Shown here: in pieces, positions 1 to 7,431 of the stretch | How positions within the stretch are numbered: the first letter of the stretch is position 1 | Layout of the letters: the number at the start of each line of letters is the position of its first letter | Origin: Clostridia bacterium | Lineage (GTDB): Bacteria > Bacillota > Clostridia > TANB77 > CAG-508 | NCBI GenBank assembly: GCA_017434295.1 | Contig: JAFRFO010000086.1 | Coordinates: 1-41,363 of the forward strand | Direction of reading: 5' to 3' | Length of the DNA: 41,363 nt | Translations under genes and position numbers: made by a program | Notes under the pieces: generated by a model | Databases searched by the model: none | What the model was told of the DNA's origin: nothing | What the model saw: only the letters and a program-made list of their open reading frames with translations

Positions 1-58
1 AAAATTCCACAGATATTTCTGATACGCTATTGAATATAACCTTAGGATATATTTTCAT
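1..58 (-). CDS. 5' end (19 codons) of an unidentified gene that runs off the left edge
   Basis: ATG at 58-56 (minus), five nt downstream of a GGGGG Shine-Dalgarno (64-68). Reads MKIYPKVIFNSVSEISVEF. Too short to name. Confidence 0.35.
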   Translation of the reverse strand, partial: MKIYPKVIFNSVSEISVEF

Positions 59-144
59 TTTTTCCCCCTAGATAATTTTTGGCAATTCTATATTATCAGT
101 AAGTGCGAATTTTGTCAAGATGATTATTTCAAATCAGTCAGTTT

Positions 145-179
145 AACGGTCAATTGGTTCCGGGTTTAAATTGACCGTT
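145..179 (-). terminator. 11-bp stem-loop directly after the gpr stop codon
   Basis: Perfect inverted repeat AACGGTCAATT (145-155) / AATTGACCGTT (169-179) with a 13-nt loop. The T-tract (180-184) is on the plus-strand side, so the minus-strand gpr transcript has a hairpin without a U-tail. Terminator function is uncertain. Confidence 0.4.
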
Positions 180-182
180 TTT

Positions 183-1121
183 TTAAGATATTGTTTGATT
201 TATTCCTCTGGCTACTATATCTTTCATGTTTTCTATTAAATCATCTATTTCTTTAGGGGTAACTATCATGTTATATTCTCCTACATTTAAGGCATCTTTT
301 ACTTCTTCATATTTATCTTGTTGTTGAAGTTTGTTTAAGTATTCATTTGACTGTGCTTTGTCTTGTAATCTATCTATAAATATATCTATTCCGTCTGAAA
401 CTAATGTTGCAAGTTCTACAACTGTTGGAATTCCTAATGCTATTACTGGAATTCCTAAAGTATTTATGCTTAATTCTGCTCTTGTATTTCCAACTCCCGC
501 TCCTGGAACTATTCCTGTATCTGATATTTGTAGACTTGAGCTTATTCTTTCTATACTTCTTGATGCTAGACTGTCTATTACTATTACTAGTTTTGGCTTT
601 ACGTTTTCTACTATTCCTTTCACTATCTCTAATGTTTCCATTCCTGTTGTACCTAATACTCCTGGTGCTATTCCACATACATTTCTTGTGTTTTCATCTA
701 ACACTTCTGGCATATATTTTATTATATGTCTTGTTATATCTATTTCGTTTATTACTTTTGGACCTAAACTATCTGGTGTTACATAAATATTTCCTAACCC
801 AACTATTAATACTTCATCTTTTCTTGTTATGTGTTTGTCTAATATTTTTGCTAATTCGCTTGTTAATACATCTGATGCTTTTTGTATTTCTTCTTCTCTT
901 GCTATTTTTAGATTTTTTATATCTATTGTTACATATATTCCTTTTGGCTTTCCTACCGCTTTTTCTCCATTTTCGTTTGTAACAAATACTCTTTCTATTT
1001 TTAGATTGTCATCTACTGCTTGTTCTTCGCTTTCTATTCCATCTACCTTACTTTCTATATTGTTTGCTTTTTTGTAGATGTCTCTTCTTTCGTTTGCTAG
1101 GTCTGTTCTAAAATTATACAT
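183..1121 (-). CDS. gpr: Spore germination protease GPR (peptidase A25 family)
   Basis: 312 aa. N-terminus MYNFRTDLANE, VLIVGLGN..TPDSLGP and VIVIDSLASR blocks are characteristic of GPR endopeptidases. Confidence 0.9.
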   Translation of the reverse strand: MYNFRTDLANERRDIYKKANNIESKVDGIESEEQAVDDNLKIERVFVTNENGEKAVGKPKGIYVTIDIKNLKIAREEEIQKASDVLTSELAKILDKHITRKDEVLIVGLGNIYVTPDSLGPKVINEIDITRHIIKYMPEVLDENTRNVCGIAPGVLGTTGMETLEIVKGIVENVKPKLVIVIDSLASRSIERISSSLQISDTGIVPGAGVGNTRAELSINTLGIPVIALGIPTVVELATLVSDGIDIFIDRLQDKAQSNEYLNKLQQQDKYEEVKDALNVGEYNMIVTPKEIDDLIENMKDIVARGINQTIS

Positions 1122-1122
1122 A

Positions 1123-1204
1123 AAAAATCACCACTTTCTTTTAAACTCTTAATAGAAGTATAATTTATACTTTTTATTTAGTATTTTAAAAAGTGGTGAT
1201 TTTT
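1123..1204 (-). promoter_or_regulatory. Long-range hairpin in the gpr leader whose 3' arm contains the gpr ribosome-binding site
   Basis: AAAATCACCACTTT (mRNA sense, 1203-1190) pairs perfectly with AAAGTGGTGATTTT (1137-1124). The loop is about 52 nt. The 3' arm carries GTGGTGA, is followed by a T-run and directly abuts the ATG at 1121. Confidence 0.4.
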
Positions 1205-1208
1205 ATTC
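1179..1208 (-). promoter_or_regulatory. Candidate forespore (sigmaG/sigmaF-type) promoter for gpr
   Basis: GAATA (1208-1204), 18-nt spacer, AATACTA (1185-1179), compared with the sigmaG consensus GHATR-N17/18-CATXHTA recalled from B. subtilis. This is an eye match in AT-rich DNA, so weak. Confidence 0.3.
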
Positions 1209-1282
1209 ATTATGGCCATTGAATCTAGGTACAAATAAGAATTTTTATATTATTTTCAATTTAACATGGTACCAAAGTCACA

Positions 1283-2362
1283 TCATAGCATTTTTTCAGC
1301 TACTCTTATAAAATTTTTATAACATATTTTTTCAATATCTTCTTGTGTATACCCTCTTTGTTTCAATTCTTCTATAATTAAAGCATAATCATTTACTCCC
1401 TTTATATCTTGCATTATATGTTCTTTTTCTAATCCATCAAAGTCACTTCCAAATGATATATAGTCTATTCCTACTAAATTTGCTATATAGTCTATATGGT
1501 TTACTATGTCTTTTACTGTTGCTGTTTTGTTTTGTGTTAAAAATATATTACAAAAACATATCCCTATTACTCCACCTGTTTTGGCAATTTGTTTTATTTG
1601 CTCATCGTCTAAATTCCTTGGATGATTACATAGCTTTTGTACGCAAGAATGAGATGCAATTATTGGATATTCTATATGTTTTGTATTATTAGATTTTTTT
1701 GTTTTATTATCTACTATTTCCGATTTATTAAAAGATATTTTTTTATTTTTTATAATTTCGCAAGTATCCCAAAACGTTTTTTTAGATGCATGTGATACGT
1801 CTATTATTATTTTTTGTTTTACAAGTTCTTTTATGTAGTTTTTTCCTAATTCTGTTAGTCCTGTATCATTTGCAGTTAATGCTCCACAACCTAAATCGTT
1901 ATCATCATTCCAGACTATTCCCATCATTCGTATGCCTTTTTTATATAGTTTTTGTATATTGTCTAAATTGTTCGAAATTTTAGTATCATGTTCTAATTTC
2001 CTAGAAATTGTTTTTCCAGTTGCATATTTTCCTGAAATAGCTGTACCATTTTCTATTGTTAGTATTACACCTATTTTTTTGTTTAATTCTTTGCTTTGTA
2101 GGTCTTCCTTGGTTTTTATTATAAACATTTCTTCTTGGTTATATATTTTATAAAAGTTGTCTATTATTTCATTTGCTCTTTTAAATCCTTTATTTTCTTT
2201 ATCATATTTTGAGTGTACAAAGGTTGCTAAGCATTGAATATGTGGTAAGTTTTGTTTGGCATGTATTGTATTAAAGGATAATTCAGAACTATCTAATTTT
2301 AGTTTATTATCAAAGGCTTTTTCTATTGTGTCACAATGTAAATCTATTATCATAATAGTCAC
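1283..2362 (-). CDS. Membrane-dipeptidase family (peptidase M19) zinc dipeptidase
   Basis: 359 aa. IDLHCDT metal-binding start, GIRMMGIVWNDDN, IIDVSHAS, ASHSC..HPRNLDD and GSDFDG blocks match the M19 pattern. Carries two Lys/Asn-rich insertions. Confidence 0.85.
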   Translation of the reverse strand: MTIMIIDLHCDTIEKAFDNKLKLDSSELSFNTIHAKQNLPHIQCLATFVHSKYDKENKGFKRANEIIDNFYKIYNQEEMFIIKTKEDLQSKELNKKIGVILTIENGTAISGKYATGKTISRKLEHDTKISNNLDNIQKLYKKGIRMMGIVWNDDNDLGCGALTANDTGLTELGKNYIKELVKQKIIIDVSHASKKTFWDTCEIIKNKKISFNKSEIVDNKTKKSNNTKHIEYPIIASHSCVQKLCNHPRNLDDEQIKQIAKTGGVIGICFCNIFLTQNKTATVKDIVNHIDYIANLVGIDYISFGSDFDGLEKEHIMQDIKGVNDYALIIEELKQRGYTQEDIEKICYKNFIRVAEKML

Positions 2363-2400
2363 CCTTTTATATTTTATGAAATATAAAAAAATATATTAAA

Positions 2401-3000
2401 TTAATCTCTTTTTTGTTTATTTTTCTTTCCCTTAACAACCATTATTACAAAAATTGTTGTCATTATAAATAGTACTACTCCTACTATTATCCATCCTGTT
2501 TCAGTATGTGGTTCACTATATCTTGTCATACTGAAAGCTGCTTTTCTTTCTTCTTTTTGTTTTGCTTTTTGTGCCTCTTCTTCTGCCTTTTTCTTTTCCG
2601 TTTCTTTTCGAGCTGCTGCTTCTTCATCGCTAAGCCCTATATGCATTTCATTTTCTTCTCTTGTTACATTCATTGTATATATTTTTTTAGTTGTTTTATT
2701 TGATGCTGTAACTGTAACAGTTATCACATTTTTTCCTACTTCTAAGTTTGTATTTCCACTTACTTCATAGGTTGCTCCACTATCTTGTGTTTTTGCATAT
2801 ACTTGAATTTTTCTAATACTATATGGTACTGTTGTGTTATATTCTGTTATATCTGGCTTAAAGCCTTTAAAATCTTCTGGTGTATATCCTAAATTTGATA
2901 AGTTTGCATTGTCTGATGCTGCTTGAACTGGGTTTGTAAAACAGTAGATTAGAATTATACTTACTATAATTATTAATAATTTAAATATTAATCTTTTCAT
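2401..3000 (-). CDS. Membrane-anchored cadherin-like beta-sandwich domain protein
   Basis: 199 aa. Signal peptide (..NPVQA/AS), then a block LSNLGYTP..FKPDITEYNTTVP...GKNVITVTVTA..KKIYTMNVTR typical of the cadherin-like beta-sandwich family. Then a Lys/Glu-rich linker, a C-terminal TM helix and a KGKKNKQKRD tail. Confidence 0.65.
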   Translation of the reverse strand: MKRLIFKLLIIIVSIILIYCFTNPVQAASDNANLSNLGYTPEDFKGFKPDITEYNTTVPYSIRKIQVYAKTQDSGATYEVSGNTNLEVGKNVITVTVTASNKTTKKIYTMNVTREENEMHIGLSDEEAAARKETEKKKAEEEAQKAKQKEERKAAFSMTRYSEPHTETGWIIVGVVLFIMTTIFVIMVVKGKKNKQKRD

Positions 3001-3041
3001 TTTATATTCTATACCTTTCTATTTGCATTACCAAAATGGTA

Positions 3042-4010
3042 CTATTTTAGCCATTCTGGGTTTGCTAAATACCAATCTATTGTTTTAACTATTCCATCTT
3101 CAAATTTTGTTTCTGGATACCAACCAAGTTCATTTTTAATCTTTGTTGGGTCAATTGCATATCTGTAGTCATGTCCTTTTCTATCTGTTACATGTTCTAT
3201 TAAATCTTCTGATTTTCCTAATCTTTGTAATATAAGTTTTACTATGTCTATGTTTCTTCTTTCATTATGTCCACCTATGTTATATCTTTCTCCTGCAACT
3301 CCATTATGGAATACCATATCTATTGCTTTGCAATGGTCTTCTACGTATAGCCAATCTCTTATGTTTAATCCTTCTCCATAAACAGGTAATTTTTCATCAT
3401 TTAATGCTAGTTTTATCATGTGTGGAATTAATTTTTCATTATGTTGATATGGTCCATAATTATTTGAACAGTTTGTTACGTTTACATTCATTTTATATGT
3501 TTCTTTGTATGCTAAAGCTATTAAATCTGAACTTGCTTTTGAAGATGAATATGGACTACTTGGTTTAATTGGTGATTTTTCTGTGAAATATCCTTCTTCT
3601 CCAAGTGAACCATATACTTCATCTGTTGAAATATGTACAAATTTATTTGGGCTTCCTTCTCCCCATTTTTGTTTTGCTGTTTCAAGTAATGTATGTGTTC
3701 CTATTACATTTGTTTGTGTAAATACAAATGGATTTTTAATGCTATTATCAACGTGTGATTCTGCTGCAAAATGTATTACTCCATTTATATCATATTTATC
3801 AAATATTTCTTTCATTTTTTCAAAATCACATATATCTGCTTGTTCGAATTTAATTTTGTCTATTACTTTTTTTAAATTATCCATATTTCCTGCATATGTT
3901 AGTTTATCTACTACTACTACATTGTAGTCTGGATGTTTGTTTACAAAGTATTCTGCAAAATTTGCTCCTATAAATCCTGCAGCTCCTGTTACCATTATAT
4001 TTTTACTCAT
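3042..4010 (-). CDS. rfbB: dTDP-glucose 4,6-dehydratase
   Basis: 322 aa. VTGAAGFIG Rossmann motif, YSSSKASSD catalytic YxxxK, and overall RmlB pattern. Confidence 0.95.
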   Translation of the reverse strand: MSKNIMVTGAAGFIGANFAEYFVNKHPDYNVVVVDKLTYAGNMDNLKKVIDKIKFEQADICDFEKMKEIFDKYDINGVIHFAAESHVDNSIKNPFVFTQTNVIGTHTLLETAKQKWGEGSPNKFVHISTDEVYGSLGEEGYFTEKSPIKPSSPYSSSKASSDLIALAYKETYKMNVNVTNCSNNYGPYQHNEKLIPHMIKLALNDEKLPVYGEGLNIRDWLYVEDHCKAIDMVFHNGVAGERYNIGGHNERRNIDIVKLILQRLGKSEDLIEHVTDRKGHDYRYAIDPTKIKNELGWYPETKFEDGIVKTIDWYLANPEWLK

Positions 4011-4080
4011 TTCTAAATTCCTTCTTTCTAATTAATTCTTGTATATTTAATTCAAAATAAATTTCAAATTAAATATACAA

Positions 4081-4659
4081 TTATAAATTCTCAAATAAGT
4101 TTGAATTTCTCAATTCGCTTAGTGAAGGCCATAATGCATCTTTTTCTGATGTTAATAAATCTTCTGGTTTTAAATCTCCCATTGGCCATTCTATTGCAAC
4201 ATCTGGATCATCCCATTTTAGTCCGCCTTCTGCTGAATGATTGTATATATCATCACATTTATATGTAAATTCAGCTTCATCAGATAAAACTAAAAATCCA
4301 TGTGCAAAACCTCTTGGTATCATAAACATTTTCTTATTTTCTTCTGAAAGGACTACTCCTTCCCATTTTCCATAAGTAACGCTTCCTGGTCTTAAATCAA
4401 CTGCTACATCAAATACTTCACCTTTTATTACTCTAACTAATTTTGCTTGTGTATTTTCTTTTTGAAAATGTAACCCTCTTAGTACTCCTTTTTTTGATTT
4501 TGATTGATTATCTTGTACAAAGTTATAATCTAAACCAATTTCTTTGAATTCTTCTTGGCTATATGTTTCCATGAAATATCCTCTGTTATCTCCAAACACT
4601 GTTGGCTCTATTACGCATACTCCTTCAATTTTCGTGTCTATTCTTTTAAACTTTCCCAT
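4081..4659 (-). CDS. rfbC: dTDP-4-dehydrorhamnose 3,5-epimerase
   Basis: 192 aa. FGDNRGYFMETY, RGLHFQ and PRGFAHGF cupin blocks typical of RmlC. Confidence 0.95.
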   Translation of the reverse strand: MGKFKRIDTKIEGVCVIEPTVFGDNRGYFMETYSQEEFKEIGLDYNFVQDNQSKSKKGVLRGLHFQKENTQAKLVRVIKGEVFDVAVDLRPGSVTYGKWEGVVLSEENKKMFMIPRGFAHGFLVLSDEAEFTYKCDDIYNHSAEGGLKWDDPDVAIEWPMGDLKPEDLLTSEKDALWPSLSELRNSNLFENL

Positions 4660-4699
4660 TTATTATTCTTCCTCCTCATTCCCCAAGATTTATTAATAT

Positions 4700-5590
4700 T
4701 TACTCTTCTCCAAATGCATTAGTTGCTAAGTCTTTTAAATAACGCCCATAATCTGTTTTCATATATTTTTTAGATAATTCTAATAACTCATCTGATGTTA
4801 TCCATCCATTTTTATAAGCAATTTCTTCTGGACAACATACTTGCATTCCTTGTCTTTTTTCAATAGTTTGAACAAAGCTTGCTGTTTCTAATAATGCATC
4901 ATGTGTTCCTGTATCAAACCATGTCATTCCTCTACCTAATTTTTCTACTGCTAATTTTCCTTTTTTCATATACTCTTCGTTTACAGAAGTTATTTCTAGT
5001 TCTCCTCTAGCAGATGGTTTTATTGTTTTTGCTATTTCTACTACATCATTTGTATAGAAATATAATCCTGGTACTGCGTAGTTTGATTTTGGATCTTGTG
5101 GTTTTTCTTCTATTGATACTGCTTTTCCATCCTTATTAATTTCAACAACTCCATAAGCTCTTGGATCTTTTACATAGTATCCAAATATTGTAGATTCATC
5201 TTCTCTTTCATTTGCTCTTTTTAATATTTCTGGTAAATGTGCTCCATAAAACATGTTGTCTCCCAATATCATTACAACATTGTCATTACCTATAAATTCT
5301 TCTCCTATTATAAATGCTTCTGCTAATCCATTTGGCTTTTCTTGAACTTTATATTCAAATTTCATTCCCCATTGTGAACCATCTCCAAGTAATTCTTTAA
5401 ATACTACTATGTCTCTTGGTGTTGATATTATTAATACTTCTTTTACGCACGCTTCCATTAATACAGATAATGGATAGTAAATCATTGGTTTATCATATAC
5501 TGGCATTATTTGTTTTGATATTGCTATTGTTAATGGATATAGTCTTGTTCCACTTCCACCTGCTAAAATTATTCCTTTTCTACTTTTCAT
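4700..5590 (-). CDS. rfbA: Glucose-1-phosphate thymidylyltransferase
   Basis: 296 aa. [16 protein letters not shown] signature and a full-length RmlA pattern. Confidence 0.95.
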   Translation of the reverse strand: MKSRKGIILAGGSGTRLYPLTIAISKQIMPVYDKPMIYYPLSVLMEACVKEVLIISTPRDIVVFKELLGDGSQWGMKFEYKVQEKPNGLAEAFIIGEEFIGNDNVVMILGDNMFYGAHLPEILKRANEREDESTIFGYYVKDPRAYGVVEINKDGKAVSIEEKPQDPKSNYAVPGLYFYTNDVVEIAKTIKPSARGELEITSVNEEYMKKGKLAVEKLGRGMTWFDTGTHDALLETASFVQTIEKRQGMQVCCPEEIAYKNGWITSDELLELSKKYMKTDYGRYLKDLATNAFGEE

Positions 5591-5652
5591 TTTATAATCC
5601 TCCCATATTATGTTTTTATTTTCATTAATTACTTTAGATATTTAAATAATTA

Positions 5653-6534
5653 TTATTTTGCATTTTCTTCATATTCTTTTTGTTCTACTAAATATCTACT
5701 TAACGCATCTTTCCATTCTGGCACGTTTATTCCTGCTTGTTTCAATTTTTCTTTTGACATTTGTGAATTATAAGGTCTTTTAGCTTGTGTAATTTTCATC
5801 ATTTCTATATATTCTTCTGTTGTTACTGGATTTACTTTACATGTTATTCCTTGTTGTTTTAATATTTCTAAGGTGAAATCATACCATGTTGTAAATCCTT
5901 CATTTGTAGAATTATATACACCATATGGTATTTTTTTGGTTACTGCTTGATATATAATTTCTGTTAAGTCTCTTGTAAATGTTGGGCTTCCATGTTGGTC
6001 TGCTACTACATTTATTTCATCTCTTGTAGAGCATAATTTTGTCATTGTTTTTACAAAGTTATTTCCTCCAACTCCATATAACCACGCTGTTCTAAATATA
6101 TAATATTTATCTAAATTTTTTTGAATTCCTTCTTCTCCATGTAGTTTTGTTATTCCATAAGCAGTTACTGGATTCTTTGCATCATCTTCTTTATAATATT
6201 TATCTAATGCTAAATCCCCTCCAAATACATAATCTGTTGATACATGTACAAGTGTTGCTCCAATTTCTTTTGCAGCTATTGCTAAATTTGTTGGTCCATC
6301 TCCATTTATTTTGTCTGCTAATTCAAAGCATTCTTCTGCTTTATCTACTGCTGTAAATGCTGCACAGTTTATTATTAGTTCTGGAGTTTTTTCTTTTATG
6401 AATTCTATTACTCCTTCTTTATTTGTTATGTCTAATTCTGCTACATCTGTTAATATTAGCTCGTTTCCATCACTAAATTTTTCTTTTACTTCTTTTGCAA
6501 GCATTCCATTTGCTCCAGTTATTAGTATCTTCAT
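5653..6534 (-). CDS. rfbD: dTDP-4-dehydrorhamnose reductase
   Basis: 293 aa. MKILITGANGMLA Rossmann start, STDYVF, YGITKLHGE (YxxxK). Completes the rml set. Confidence 0.92.
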   Translation of the reverse strand: MKILITGANGMLAKEVKEKFSDGNELILTDVAELDITNKEGVIEFIKEKTPELIINCAAFTAVDKAEECFELADKINGDGPTNLAIAAKEIGATLVHVSTDYVFGGDLALDKYYKEDDAKNPVTAYGITKLHGEEGIQKNLDKYYIFRTAWLYGVGGNNFVKTMTKLCSTRDEINVVADQHGSPTFTRDLTEIIYQAVTKKIPYGVYNSTNEGFTTWYDFTLEILKQQGITCKVNPVTTEEYIEMMKITQAKRPYNSQMSKEKLKQAGINVPEWKDALSRYLVEQKEYEENAK

Positions 6535-6609
6535 ATTTGTTCCTTCTTTCTTTTAAACATTTTTAACCATTTTTCTTATTTAAAACAATTGTATAATATC
6601 ATTAAATTT

Positions 6610-6639
6610 AAAAAAGTACAAGCTTTTCTTGTACTTTTT
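6610..6639 (-). terminator. Rho-independent terminator (copy 1 of a duplicated cassette)
   Basis: GTACAAG (6616-6622) / CTTGTAC (6628-6634) with a 5-nt loop, flanked by an A-run and a T-run. In minus sense the stem is followed by TTTTTT. Lies between the end of the 6666..7413 gene and the rfbD start. Confidence 0.6.
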
Positions 6640-6665
6640 CAAATATTTTGTAAAATATTTTGTTA

Positions 6666-7413
6666 TTATAGTATATTTATAATATCTTCTAATAATTCCT
6701 CACTTGAAATCTGATTATTTTTATTTTCTGTAATAAAAACTATTTTTTTGTCATCATCATTAAAGTATTCATATGTTTGGTATTTATCCATTTTTTCAAA
6801 ATTATAGTCTAAAATATCTCCTGTTACATCATCTACAATATAACATAAACTTGATACAACTAATATAGTTTGAGCATCACTATTTATTGACTTTTCAACT
6901 GTCTTATCTAACTCAGATTGATTGTTTTTTTTATCAATTATTAGATATCCTTCGCTATTTACCTTATATTCAGAATTTAATTTTTCATTATTATTTAGTA
7001 AATTAATAATTTTATCTCTACTATCATTTTCAATCCAAATGCCTTTTTCTTGTAGATAATTATTATACATTATTTCATCTAATTCTTCAAATTTAGGTAT
7101 TTCTTTTTTTATCATACTACAAAATGCTACTTTAAATTTTAAGTCTGCTTTTACAGATAAAACTTTTCTACCATCATATTCTGTTTGAATTTCATATATA
7201 TTGCTATTCGCATTTAATCCATAATCTTTTTTTTAATTCATCTATGGTCACATCTTCTTTATATGATATTTGGTTTTTGTCAACTGTTATATAATTGTTT
7301 TCTTGTATTTCATTATTTTCCTTATTGTTGTTTTTATCAAAAACTTTCACCATTATTACACATATAATAATTAAAGTTAAAACAACCATAAATATCAATA
7401 TCTTTTTCTTCAT
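6666..7413 (-). pseudogene. Signal-anchored hypothetical protein split by a single-base frameshift in an A8 tract
   Basis: The ORFs 7204..7413 (69 aa, N-terminal TM helix) and 6666..7115 (149 aa) fuse into one 248-codon frame if one A is removed from the A8 run (T8 on the plus strand, 7227-7234). My translation across the junction reads ..DELKKDYGLNANSNIYEIQTEYDGRKVLSVKADLKFKVAFCSMIKKEIPKF.. with no stop. Confidence 0.6.
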
Positions 7414-7431
7414 TTTTTTGCTTTACCCACT

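Noticed and set aside
331-982. Long plus-strand ORFs (for example 331..786, 404..982, and similar ones throughout such as 3505..3927, 9155..9577, 11923..12351, 19911..20267)
   Set aside because: They lie entirely antisense to minus-strand genes that have clear family motifs. Their translations are Leu/Phe/Ile/Ser-rich low-complexity strings, as expected from the reverse complement of AT-rich coding DNA. None has a ribosome-binding site.
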